Positions 37,406 to 46,808 of a stretch of DNA of 64,000 nt are shown one piece after another. The stretch is taken from NCBI GenBank assembly GCA_016186645.1, contig JACPLF010000003.1:4112-68111 (forward strand), written 5' to 3'. Positions within the stretch are counted from its first letter, which is position 1; every line of letters begins with the position of its first letter. The position numbers and the translations under genes were made by a program. The notes under the pieces are model-generated. The model saw only the letters and a program-made list of their open reading frames with translations, was not told the origin of the DNA and did not search any database. The DNA comes from Candidatus Levyibacteriota bacterium (GTDB lineage Bacteria > Patescibacteriota > Microgenomatia > Levybacterales > UBA12049).

Positions 37406-37654
37406 TTATTTTTTCGACTTTGATTTATTGAGGAATATTTTCCAAATTCCCCAAATAACAACAAACCAGAAAGCGATATCTAGAACCAAAACTGAATAGT
37501 TTGTGCTTGCAGTGCCGAATAAAGCATAGGAACCAAATTTAAATGGTAATCCGGATTGATTTGCGGAAGGATTAGCTAAAGCATCTATAATGGCAAATCC
37601 ATAAGTCGCAACTATACTTAATATCGAAATAACCACGAGTGATTTTTTGGTCAT
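37406..37654 (-). CDS. Small two-transmembrane hypothetical protein
   Basis: Two hydrophobic helices around GLPF. Confidence 0.6.
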   Translation of the reverse strand: MTKKSLVVISILSIVATYGFAIIDALANPSANQSGLPFKFGSYALFGTASTNYSVLVLDIAFWFVVIWGIWKIFLNKSKSKK

Positions 37655-37726
37655 AACTTTTCTTGATAATTTACTCTACACATTTACCATATCACAAAAT
37701 CCATTTGTCAACAACTGGTCGTTGCT

Positions 37727-37766
37727 CATTTAACTAAATACAGCGGCCGCTGTCTATATTTAAATG
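37727..37766. repeat. GCGGCCGC-core dyad
   Basis: CATTTAACT-N7-GCGGCCGC-N7-ATTTAAATG, with inner ACAGCGGCCGCTGT. Confidence 0.8.
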
Positions 37767-37840
37767 CCTAATTTTGCAAGAAAAATCTCTGTTGACATAT
37801 GAAGTTGGAGAGACTACTATAATTAATATGGAGAATTCAG

Positions 37841-38533
37841 ATGGCTGCTGCTAAAAAAACTGCAAGTACCACGTCAAACGCGGCTCATGCAGAAGCACAG
37901 AAAAAAACTGAAGCACAGAGCGAGAAAAAGGAACCAGTGGTTGTTGCAGATACTGTGATAGAAACCACAGAAAGAGTTGAAGTAATCGAAGAGACAACCC
38001 CAGAGCCCAAATCAGATCCTTTAACTGATTTTAAAGCAAAAATGAGCGAGGAAGAAAAGCAGCCGGCCGGGAGCAGCCCGCCTCAAAAAAATTTCATGTG
38101 GCCGATACTTTTTGTTTTTGCAGTCGCTCTTCTAATGTTAGGGGGAATTTTTCTTTATAAAAATAATATAAAAGTCGAGAAGATTAATGTTGTCACACTA
38201 ACTCCTACTCCAACAGTCATGCCCGAACCAACCAAGGCGGTCGATCTGACAAAATATGAAATTGAAATTCAAAATGGAAGCGGAATCAGCGGAGAAGCAT
38301 CAAGACAGCAGGAGAATCTGGAATCAGAAGGATTTACGGTATCTTCTATAGGTAATGCGGATAATTCAGATTATACAGAGACAATTATTCAGGCAAAGGA
38401 AACAGTAGAGGCAGCTTTTCTTGATAAATTAAAAAGCGTTCTTGAGGAGTCGTTTGTTGTTGGTGAGACGGAAGAATTGCCGCAGGACGCAGACTCTGAT
38501 GTAATTGTAATCTTGGGCAGTGAAACAAATTAA
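37841..38533 (+). CDS. Membrane protein with LytR C-terminal domain
   Basis: Transmembrane segment, then IEIQNGSGISGEA...GNAD...DVIVILG. Confidence 0.85.
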   Translation: MAAAKKTASTTSNAAHAEAQKKTEAQSEKKEPVVVADTVIETTERVEVIEETTPEPKSDPLTDFKAKMSEEEKQPAGSSPPQKNFMWPILFVFAVALLMLGGIFLYKNNIKVEKINVVTLTPTPTVMPEPTKAVDLTKYEIEIQNGSGISGEASRQQENLESEGFTVSSIGNADNSDYTETIIQAKETVEAAFLDKLKSVLEESFVVGETEELPQDADSDVIVILGSETN

Positions 38534-38542
38534 TACCCCTCC

Positions 38543-39559
38543 ATGAAGAAATTGGGAATCGGTCTTCTTATAATTTTAATAATCTTGGGATTATTTTTTA
38601 TTTTAAAAGATGTTGATCGCCAAAAAGAAAGAGTAAAAGAAAAACCCCTTGCCAAATATACTTTTGAAAACCTAAAGAAGAAACAGTTTCTGTCACTTCC
38701 TGTTGCTCTTGGACATGTTTTAGACGAAGATGAAAATATTATTTCTCAAATGTTTTATTTCAATATTCGCGAAACGATAGATGGAAAAAGCATGCATAGA
38801 AAAGTGAGCGGGCTTATAAATGTTCCAAAGCTTGAAGGCACGTATCCTGTTATTGTCATGATGCGGGGATTTGTCCCAAAGGAAATTTATACAACAGGAA
38901 TTGGTACGCAAAGAGCAGGAGAATTTTTCGCGCAAAATGGTTTTATAACTATAGCGCAGGATTTTTTAGGTTACGGACAGTCAGAGAATCCGTCAGGGAA
39001 TTCAATAGAGGAAAGATTTCAAACACATACAACAACTCTTACCCTTCTGTCTTCTCTGGTTAATTTAAATAATGGGCTTGATGCAAGTTATTCGGGAAAA
39101 ATTAAAGCAGATACTTCAAAAGTTGGGATTTGGGGACATAGCAACGGAGGACAGATTGCATTATCAGTCCTTGAGATAACCGGGAAAAATTATCCAACAG
39201 TTCTTTGGGCGCCTGTTTCAAAACCTTTTCCATATTCTATATTTTTCTTTATGGATGACTTTGATGATCATGGAAAGGCGTTAAGAAAGGTAGTTGCAAA
39301 TTTTGAAAATGATTACGATATTGAGCTGTATTCACCAAGTAATTTTTATTCTTGGATTAATGCCCCAATCCAAATTCACCAAGGGACAGCAGATGATTCA
39401 GTGCCTCCTAAATGGTCGGATCAGCTGAATAAAGATTTGGAAAAATTGGGAAAATATATAGAATATTTTGTTTATCCGGGAGCAGATCATAATTTATTGC
39501 CTGGTTGGGAAACAGCAGTGCAGAGGAGTTTGGATTTTTACAAACAGAAACTGCTATAA
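38543..39559 (+). CDS. Alpha/beta hydrolase (peptidase S9-like)
   Basis: Motifs WGHSNGG, HQGTADDSVP and YPGADH. Confidence 0.85.
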   Translation: MKKLGIGLLIILIILGLFFILKDVDRQKERVKEKPLAKYTFENLKKKQFLSLPVALGHVLDEDENIISQMFYFNIRETIDGKSMHRKVSGLINVPKLEGTYPVIVMMRGFVPKEIYTTGIGTQRAGEFFAQNGFITIAQDFLGYGQSENPSGNSIEERFQTHTTTLTLLSSLVNLNNGLDASYSGKIKADTSKVGIWGHSNGGQIALSVLEITGKNYPTVLWAPVSKPFPYSIFFFMDDFDDHGKALRKVVANFENDYDIELYSPSNFYSWINAPIQIHQGTADDSVPPKWSDQLNKDLEKLGKYIEYFVYPGADHNLLPGWETAVQRSLDFYKQKLL

Positions 39560-39567
39560 TCCACAAT

Positions 39568-40221
39568 ATGTTTAAGATACAAAAATTCGATCTTTTGGTT
39601 TCTGTTTACATATTCTGCATATGCGTTGCAGAGCTGATGGGTGGAAAAACATTTCCTCTTTTGACAATTGGAACATTCAAGCTAAATGCCAGTGTAGCAA
39701 TTTTTGTCTTGCCTCTTATTTTTACGATTAATGATGTGATTACGGAAGTTTATGGAAAAGAAAGAACAAGAAGCGTTATTAGATCAGGATTATTTATTAT
39801 TTTTTTAATTTTTGCATTTTCTATATTTGCCACAAGTCTTCCTCCATCAATGAGATTTGTTGCTTCCGAAAAAGCATACGATACAATCTTTGGTTTGTCT
39901 GCCAGAATTGCAGCCGCATCCTTAACAGCTTTTACATTGGCTGAATTTATGGATGTTTTTATATTCGCAAAAATAAGAGAGATATTGGGAAAAAAAGCGT
40001 TGTGGCTTAGAAACAATGCATCTAATTTTGTTTCGCAATTTGTAGACACGTCTGTTTTTATGTTCTTGGCATTTTATGCATTTGACAAAGGTTTTGGCGA
40101 TAATTTTGCTTTTTTAGTTAGTTTAATTCTTCCATATTGGTTATTAAAATGTTTCATGTCAATTATAGAAACACCTCTTGTTTATCTGGGAGTTAATTGG
40201 CTTAAGAAAGAGAAAAAATGA
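39568..40221 (+). CDS. Queuosine precursor transporter (YhhQ/VUT family)
   Basis: Motifs DVITEVYG, RIAAAS and WLRNNAS..SQFVDT. Confidence 0.85.
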   Translation: MFKIQKFDLLVSVYIFCICVAELMGGKTFPLLTIGTFKLNASVAIFVLPLIFTINDVITEVYGKERTRSVIRSGLFIIFLIFAFSIFATSLPPSMRFVASEKAYDTIFGLSARIAAASLTAFTLAEFMDVFIFAKIREILGKKALWLRNNASNFVSQFVDTSVFMFLAFYAFDKGFGDNFAFLVSLILPYWLLKCFMSIIETPLVYLGVNWLKKEKK

Positions 40222-40766
40222 AAGTCATAATGGTTGCGGTCTCCTCAATAAATGGCAAAATTACAAGAGGTTTGGATCCCAATATTTACTCCTGGACTTC
40301 CAAGGAAGACACGAAGTTCTTCTTCTCTTTAATAAAAAAACACAGTCTTATCGTAATGGGCTCAAAGACTTACGAAACAGTAAGAAAAGTTATTAAACAC
40401 GAAAAGGATAAATTAAGAATAGTTCTAACAAGAGAACCTAAAAAATATTCAGAAGAGGCAAAAAAGGGAATGTTGGAATTTACCAATGAAAATCCCTCAA
40501 AACTTATAAAAAAAATGGAAAGCAGGGGATATAAAAAATTGTTAATTGTTGGCGGTGGAACGATTAATACTTTATTTTTAAAATCAAAACTTGTGAATGA
40601 AATATATTTAACCTTCGAACCAAAAATCTTCGGCTCAGGAAAAAATTTAATAAAAGAAGAAAACCTTGATATTACATTAAAATTAATTAGCGCCAAAAAA
40701 CTCAATCGCCAGGGCACTACGCTTTTGAAATACAGAGTGAGTAAAATGAAAGGCTATGACATATGA
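40218..40766 (+). CDS. RibD C-terminal/DHFR-like reductase
   Basis: Motifs SINGKI, VMGSKTY, VGGG and PKIFGSG. Confidence 0.85.
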   Translation: MKVIMVAVSSINGKITRGLDPNIYSWTSKEDTKFFFSLIKKHSLIVMGSKTYETVRKVIKHEKDKLRIVLTREPKKYSEEAKKGMLEFTNENPSKLIKKMESRGYKKLLIVGGGTINTLFLKSKLVNEIYLTFEPKIFGSGKNLIKEENLDITLKLISAKKLNRQGTTLLKYRVSKMKGYDI

Positions 40767-40797
40767 TTATTTTAAGCGATCGCATGATAAAATCATA
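40762..40797. repeat. GCGATCGC-core dyad
   Basis: TATGATT-N7-GCGATCGC-N7-AATCATA. Confidence 0.85.
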
Positions 40798-40839
40798 CAT
40801 CAGAAATGTTAGATGTGACATAATTAGCTTTATTAATTT

Positions 40840-41247
40840 ATGAAAGATAATAAAGATTTGAAAAACGTAACGGAAGGGGAATGGAAGAAAAGGTTAACGC
40901 CGGAGCAATTTAATATTTTAAGAGAGAAGGGAACAGAAGCGCCATTCTCAGGCCGATTTTATAAAAATTTTGAAAAAGGAATGTATGAATGCGCTGCCTG
41001 TGGGCAGGAACTTTTTGCGTCAAGTACCAAATTTGATTCTGATTGCGGGTGGCCGAGTTTTGACAGAAGTTTGGAAGGAAATATAGAGCTTAAAAATGAC
41101 AATAGTCTTGGGATTCAAAGAACGGAAGCCTTATGCAGTAATTGCGGGTCGCATTTGGGCCATGTATTTGACGATGGGCCCAAAGAAACCACGGGTAAAC
41201 GCTTCTGTATAAACTCAATCTCTCTTAACTTCACGTCTTATAAATAA
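40840..41247 (+). CDS. msrB: Peptide-methionine (R)-S-oxide reductase
   Basis: Motifs GTEAPF, GWPSF, HLGHVF and RFCINS. Confidence 0.96.
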   Translation: MKDNKDLKNVTEGEWKKRLTPEQFNILREKGTEAPFSGRFYKNFEKGMYECAACGQELFASSTKFDSDCGWPSFDRSLEGNIELKNDNSLGIQRTEALCSNCGSHLGHVFDDGPKETTGKRFCINSISLNFTSYK

Positions 41248-41265
41248 TCAACAATGAGTCGTTTT

Positions 41266-41301
41266 CCTAGGTGTCTAGCCTGTACAAACCTGGTGTGTAC
41301 A
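41266..41301 (+). repeat. AGGTGTCTAGC...ACCTGGTGTGT repeat, copy 2
   Basis: Matches 30019-30056. Confidence 0.75.
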
Positions 41302-41400
41302 GGAGTGTACAATAAAACCGACATTTGCCGTTTTTCCTACTTCTGTCCTGACCATAGCATTGCATTATAACACGGTCAATTTTTTGGTACAATACAGCTT

Positions 41401-42336
41401 ATGGATTTAGGAGCAATTATTTTAACAATCCTCGGGCTTTCACTTTTTGAAATCATCACGAGTGTTGATAATGCGATTATCAATGCGGAAGTGCTAAGGG
41501 GCATGTCTCAAAAGGCCAGGCGCTGGTTTCTCCTGTGGGGTTTTCTTTTTGCCGTTTTTGTGGTTAGGGGACTTCTGCCTCTTCTTATTGTATGGATAGC
41601 AAATCCAGGGCTTGGTCTAATTGGTATTTTCTTTGCGGCATTTTCTCAAGATCCTAAAATTGCAGAGGCAATTGAAGCAACTTCACCCCTTCTCCTTTTG
41701 GGAGGAGGAGTATTCATGGTTTTTCTATTTTTCAATTGGCTATTCTTAGAGCCTAAAAATTATGGTTTGAGAGGGGAAAGGTTTTTCCATTCTCAAGGAG
41801 CTTGGTTTTTCGCTATTGTTTCTATTCTTCTTATGATCATAGTTTGGTTTGCTCTCAAAATTGACCCTATGCTTGCTTTTGCGGCAGTTGGCGGATCAAC
41901 AGCATTTTTTATTATTCATGGGTTTAGGCAATATGCAGAGGAACAGGAAAGAAAACTTATCGCGGGCAACATGTCAGACGTAAGTAAAATTGCTTATCTT
42001 GAAGTATTGGATTCGACATTTTCTATAGACGGAGTAATAGGAGCTTTTGCTTTTACTTTTTCAATACCGTTGATTCTTTTGGGAAACGGTCTTGGAGCAT
42101 TGGTTCTTAGAAAGCTCACAATCAGCAATATCGAAAGAATAAAAAAATATAAATACTTGAAAAATGGAGCGATGTATTCGATATTGTTTTTGGGTGCAAT
42201 TATGATATTGGATAGTTTTGGATTCTATATTCCTCACTACATTTCACCAGCGATAACTTTTGGGACAGTCGGATATTTCTTCTTCAAATCCAAAGCCGAG
42301 TATCAGACGGTACCCGGCAAAACAGAAATTAGTTAA
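41401..42336 (+). CDS. DUF475 (TerC-like) membrane protein
   Basis: Motifs SVDNAIINA, YLEVLDSTFSIDGVIGAFA and YLKNGA. Confidence 0.85.
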   Translation: MDLGAIILTILGLSLFEIITSVDNAIINAEVLRGMSQKARRWFLLWGFLFAVFVVRGLLPLLIVWIANPGLGLIGIFFAAFSQDPKIAEAIEATSPLLLLGGGVFMVFLFFNWLFLEPKNYGLRGERFFHSQGAWFFAIVSILLMIIVWFALKIDPMLAFAAVGGSTAFFIIHGFRQYAEEQERKLIAGNMSDVSKIAYLEVLDSTFSIDGVIGAFAFTFSIPLILLGNGLGALVLRKLTISNIERIKKYKYLKNGAMYSILFLGAIMILDSFGFYIPHYISPAITFGTVGYFFFKSKAEYQTVPGKTEIS

Positions 42337-42401
42337 TATAATTTCGGGATTGACATTTGTAAATCTTTAAATGTAATATAAATTTAGGAGGTGAAATAAA
42401 A

Positions 42402-42521
42402 ATGGCAAAGGCAAAAAATGATTCGGTCATTCTTTCAAAGAATGCATTTATCGGATTAATACTTTTCGTCGTAGCATGCACAATTTTCGCGGTCTACGCT
42501 TATACAGGATACGTTAGGTGA
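42402..42521 (+). CDS. 39-aa single-transmembrane small protein (not in the ORF track)
   Basis: TTGACA...TAATAT promoter and AGGAGGTG Shine-Dalgarno site. MAKAKNDSVILSKNAFIGLILFVVACTIFAVYAYTGYVR. Confidence 0.7.
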   Translation: MAKAKNDSVILSKNAFIGLILFVVACTIFAVYAYTGYVR

Positions 42522-42626
42522 AATGACCAAATCGTCATGATTTTGTCCAACACGTGTCAAGCCCCTCAATGAATTCTCCATTACTATGAGCGTTATTAAT
42601 ATTACTGTGATATAATCAATAAATAG

Positions 42627-45278
42627 ATGACACCTGAAGCACAACCTGCAATTTTAAATGGTGAGGCAATACATCAAGAGTTTCCTCTGACTGTTTTCCT
42701 GGAAGACAAAAGAGCAAAAAGCGTAGATATTGTAGGCGGAAAAGCAGCAAGCCTTGCAGAGCTTGGTACGATCCCCGGTATAAAAGTCCCCGAAGCTTTT
42801 GTCATAACGACTTCTCTGTCAGCTGAGATTCTAGTACAAAACCCCGACATAAAAGCAGGAATTGAGGGTTTGGATGAAATGTCTGCTAGGTGGTTAAAAG
42901 CCACATTAACTGAAGATAACGAAGGAGCAGAAGCTTTGGAAAAGCAGATAACAGCTGCGGGCGACGCGTTGAAAAAAAAGATGGGAATTGCAAAAATCCC
43001 GGATTCAGCCCAACGCCAAATTGAAGAAGAATACGATCAATTATGCAAAAGGGTTGGGAAAGAAAATGTAGCTGTTGCAGTCCGCAGTTCAGGCATATCT
43101 GAAGATAGTAGAGATAATAGCTTTGCCGGACAATATGATTCTTTTCTTCATCAACAGGGGAAAGAAGAAGTTTTAGATGCTATTAAAAAATGCTTAGCTT
43201 CTCAATTTACAGATAGAGCAATCGAATATAGAAATGGAGGAAGACTTAAAATCTCCCAGGAGGAATTGGCGGACAATAAAGATATTGATACTGCAATTAA
43301 AGCAAGCGAAAGACTTTCTCACGCGGAGTCAAAATTAGCAGTTATTGTTCAAGAAATGGTAAATGCATCTAGCGCAGGAGTAGGTTTTTCAGTTGACTCA
43401 AAAAGCGGCGCTCCATTTATACATATTGATATAAATTATGGTTTGGGCGAATCGGTCGTAAGCGGGAGTGTAAGTCCGGATTCTTACGACATTGATCCCG
43501 AGACAGGTGCAATAGTTGGCCGTAATCTAGGAGGTAAAGAAGTAAGAACATCATATGTGCGGAGAGGAACAGAAGAGGTTAAAGTTGCGGAGCAAGACAG
43601 AAATAGATTTGTTCTTACAGACGAACAAGCTAAAAAATTAGCGGGCAAAATTGCAGCCATAAGAGAGGTTTATGGCAGAGAAGTTGATACTGAATTCGCA
43701 ATAGATTCCCAAGGAGAAATTTATTTTCTTCAAGCAAGACCCGAAACTATTGCATCAAACAAAGACGATAGGATAGTGGAAATGCGAAGAAAAATCGTTC
43801 CCGAAGAAGTCGCTGAAAAGGAAGAACCGATTTTTAAAGGAGGTATAACTGGATGTCCGGGAGTTGCAACGGGAATTGTTGTTGTTGCTAATACCATGGA
43901 TGAGGCAAAAATGGTAATTGAAGCACGTGAAAATAGAAATAGGAAGATTATTTTGGTGACTGAAAGAACAGATCCTGATTGGGTTTCTCTGATGAGAGAC
44001 CTTGGAGGTATTGTTACTAGAGTTGGAGGAGCAACATGTCATGCGGCAATTGTAAGCCGAGAACTTGAACTTCCATGCATCGTAGGTGCAGGCGACACAA
44101 CTGAACTTGCTAAACATAAAGGTCAGTTAATTACGTTAGACGCGAACGAACGGAGAATTTATAAAGGTGAGCTTTCTCTTAAGGAAGTAGGGGAAGATAT
44201 TGACGTTGCCGAGCTTTTAGGAAGTCCAACTAAAACTCCGATAGGACTTATTATTTCCAATCCGGACATGGCAAGAAAAATGCACGCGTTATCAGAACTT
44301 GGGCCAAATTTTATGATTTCACTTTTGCGCATAGAATTTCTGTTGGAGGATATTGGCGTACATGTCAACGCATTGGTTGATTTTGACAAAGGAAAAATTT
44401 CACCAGATTCTGATCTATTTAAAAGAATTGCAGAAAAGATTGCCGGATATGGCAGCGGAGAAGAATATTTCAAAACAAAACTTACAGAAGGCATAGCAGC
44501 TTTTGCCGCGTTGTTTCCCAATAGTCCTATAACTTTAAGAACTACTGATTTTAAGACCAATGAATATGGGAGTTTAATTGGCGGAAATGAATATGAGTCT
44601 GAAGAAGCCAATCCTATGATGGGATGGAGAGGTTTGGTCCGATCCTTGTCTCCTGAAAATAGAGAAGCATTTAAATGGGAATTGAAGGCAATTAAGAAAG
44701 CTCGTGAAATGGGGTATAAAAATATTAAATTAATGTTCCCGGTAGTCCGCGATCCCAAAGAATTAACAGGAGATCCGGAACTTGATGCAATAGGTTTTAA
44801 GGGAGCTTTTGAAATTATGCAAGAGGTTGGGATGGGCAAAGGCGTAGATGGCTTGAAAGTTGGAATAATGGTAGAAGTTCCAACTAACGCCGTAAGAATA
44901 CGTGACTTTATTGATGCAGGTATTGATTTTGTTTCTTTTGGAACAAATGACCTTACTCAGTTTACTTTGGCAGCAGACAGAGATAATGAGAAAATTCAAA
45001 GTCTTTCTTGGTACGGAGAAACAAATCCCGCTGTAGTTAGTTTGGTCAAGGAAGTAATAAGGGTATGTAAAGAGCGCGGGATAGAAACAGGAATTTGCGG
45101 CCAAGCTCCATCCAACAAACCTGAATTTGCCAAAATGCTAATTGAAGAGGGCATAGGATCAATCGGAGTAATGCCCGATATGTTCCTGCCAACACATAGA
45201 CTTACAGGGGAAGTGGAGCAGAGTCGGAAAGTTCAGGCCACCTCAACCCCCACGAGAGTTGAGTTTATGAACCGCTGA
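42627..45278 (+). CDS. ppsA: Phosphoenolpyruvate synthase (pyruvate,water dikinase)
   Basis: Motifs VGGKAASL, SFAGQ, LQARPET, TCHAAIVSRE, NPMMGWRG, GTNDLTQ and ICGQAPS. Confidence 0.93.
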   Translation: MTPEAQPAILNGEAIHQEFPLTVFLEDKRAKSVDIVGGKAASLAELGTIPGIKVPEAFVITTSLSAEILVQNPDIKAGIEGLDEMSARWLKATLTEDNEGAEALEKQITAAGDALKKKMGIAKIPDSAQRQIEEEYDQLCKRVGKENVAVAVRSSGISEDSRDNSFAGQYDSFLHQQGKEEVLDAIKKCLASQFTDRAIEYRNGGRLKISQEELADNKDIDTAIKASERLSHAESKLAVIVQEMVNASSAGVGFSVDSKSGAPFIHIDINYGLGESVVSGSVSPDSYDIDPETGAIVGRNLGGKEVRTSYVRRGTEEVKVAEQDRNRFVLTDEQAKKLAGKIAAIREVYGREVDTEFAIDSQGEIYFLQARPETIASNKDDRIVEMRRKIVPEEVAEKEEPIFKGGITGCPGVATGIVVVANTMDEAKMVIEARENRNRKIILVTERTDPDWVSLMRDLGGIVTRVGGATCHAAIVSRELELPCIVGAGDTTELAKHKGQLITLDANERRIYKGELSLKEVGEDIDVAELLGSPTKTPIGLIISNPDMARKMHALSELGPNFMISLLRIEFLLEDIGVHVNALVDFDKGKISPDSDLFKRIAEKIAGYGSGEEYFKTKLTEGIAAFAALFPNSPITLRTTDFKTNEYGSLIGGNEYESEEANPMMGWRGLVRSLSPENREAFKWELKAIKKAREMGYKNIKLMFPVVRDPKELTGDPELDAIGFKGAFEIMQEVGMGKGVDGLKVGIMVEVPTNAVRIRDFIDAGIDFVSFGTNDLTQFTLAADRDNEKIQSLSWYGETNPAVVSLVKEVIRVCKERGIETGICGQAPSNKPEFAKMLIEEGIGSIGVMPDMFLPTHRLTGEVEQSRKVQATSTPTRVEFMNR

Positions 45279-45293
45279 TTTTTGGCAAAACCT

Positions 45294-45440
45294 TTAGACT
45301 TTTTGAAGCAGGGAGTTTTGGAGGAGTTGGTCTGTTTTTGTTTGCACCTGAGTTAGAATCTCAACCATCTTTTCAAAAATCTCAAAACTCGGTCTCATCT
45401 TTGCTGTTGACCTTAAATATTTTCTGTCTTCTTCGCTCAT
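45294..45440 (-). CDS. Possible 48-aa small protein
   Basis: ATG...TAA ORF (MSEEDRKYLRSTAK...) with a TATAAT/TAAAAT box upstream, filling an intergenic gap. Confidence 0.35.
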   Translation of the reverse strand: MSEEDRKYLRSTAKMRPSFEIFEKMVEILTQVQTKTDQLLQNSLLQKV

Positions 45441-45557
45441 ATTAAAAACATTTTATATTATATTTTCTCGTCCGGCTTGACACGATTCGGACATTTCCAA
45501 GACAGCTTTTATTTTTTAATTATTTTTGGTATACTTTCTCTAGAAGTAGGTGAGAAA

Positions 45558-45941
45558 ATGAAAAAACAGCGGACAATAGAATGGATTTTACGGCTTGCTG
45601 TTGCCGGCGAATTTATTGGACATGGAGTTTTTGCTATTCAAGGAAAAAAGCAATGGATCGGCTGGTTTTCAAATTTTGGAATTTCTGACGTAGGAATCGC
45701 GACACAACTTTTGTTTTTGATTGGCGTAATGGATGTATTTCTTGCAATTCTTATTTTGATAAAGCCAATTCGCGGCGCACTCCTCTGGATGACATTTTGG
45801 GGGTTTTGGACCGCTCTCATAAGACCACTGGTGGGTGAGCCAATATGGGATTTTATTGAGAGATGGGCAAACTGGGGAGCGCCATTGGCACTGCTCTATA
45901 TTGTAGGATTTCCAAAGTCTATAAAGGACTTGATAAGCTAA
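45558..45941 (+). CDS. DoxX-like membrane protein
   Basis: WILRLAVAGEFIGHG, with several transmembrane helices. Confidence 0.65.
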   Translation: MKKQRTIEWILRLAVAGEFIGHGVFAIQGKKQWIGWFSNFGISDVGIATQLLFLIGVMDVFLAILILIKPIRGALLWMTFWGFWTALIRPLVGEPIWDFIERWANWGAPLALLYIVGFPKSIKDLIS

Positions 45942-46038
45942 GATGAAAATTTACACTTGCCCGATACTCCCATAAATCCAAATTGCTTTTGAGATAAAAT
46001 TCCCCAACTCCACATTTGAATTTGATAGAATAAGGTAA

Positions 46039-46761
46039 ATGGGGATTTTATTTTTTGCATCAGCTTTTATTTCAGAAATAATAGGGACAGTAGCGGGATT
46101 TGGATCTTCAACTGTTTTTTTACCTTTAGCGCTTTTGTTTTTTGATTTCAAAACCGCATTGATTCTGGTTGCTTTATTTCATGTTTTTGGAAATTTTGGA
46201 AGAATCAGTTTTTTTAGACATGGATTAGGTAAACGCACGCTCCTAATTTTTGGAATTCCCAGTGTGGTTCTTACTTTTCTAGGCGCATTATTAGTTAACT
46301 ATACCCCTCAAGATTTCTTAAAAGGCATTCTTGGAGTTTTTCTTGCAATTTATTCGATATTGTTTTTGTACAAAGATGATTTGAAAATAAAACAATCTCT
46401 TTCAAGCTCCATAATTGGAGGGGGACTATCGGGTTTTTTGGCTGGTCTTATAGGAACAGGGGGAGCCTTAAGAGGAGCATTTTTAACAGCTTTTGGATTA
46501 TCTAAAGAAAAATATATTGCAACAGCCGCGGCAATAGCGCTGGCAGTGGATTTTACAAGAATTCCTGTATATTTTGCACAGGGATTTTTGAACAGGGAAT
46601 TTTATGCGTACATTCCATTCTTGTTTGCAGTTGCGCTTGCAGGATCATTTACGGGGAAACAGATAATTAAAAAAGTTCCTCAAAAAAAGTTCAAGAAGAT
46701 AGTTCTAGTCGCAATTTTAATAGTCGGAATTAAATTCGTATACGATTTTCTGTCCCACTGA
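46039..46761 (+). CDS. TauE/SafE sulfite exporter family protein
   Basis: AGFGSS..FLP and GLIGTGG repeats. Confidence 0.85.
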   Translation: MGILFFASAFISEIIGTVAGFGSSTVFLPLALLFFDFKTALILVALFHVFGNFGRISFFRHGLGKRTLLIFGIPSVVLTFLGALLVNYTPQDFLKGILGVFLAIYSILFLYKDDLKIKQSLSSSIIGGGLSGFLAGLIGTGGALRGAFLTAFGLSKEKYIATAAAIALAVDFTRIPVYFAQGFLNREFYAYIPFLFAVALAGSFTGKQIIKKVPQKKFKKIVLVAILIVGIKFVYDFLSH

Positions 46762-46808
46762 AGGCGGTGAAATTCCCCAACCCATCCAGATTTTGCTATA
46801 ATTTTATT

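Noticed and set aside
39500-39567. preQ1 riboswitch upstream of the queuosine precursor transporter
   Set aside because: There is no room. TATAAT lies 7 nt before the ATG and overlaps the upstream stop codon.
44159-44839. Long antisense ORFs (226 aa in ppsA; also 59167-59808, 54518-55039, 13405-13872)
   Set aside because: They are fully opposite better-supported genes and show no recognisable motifs. They are shadow ORFs.
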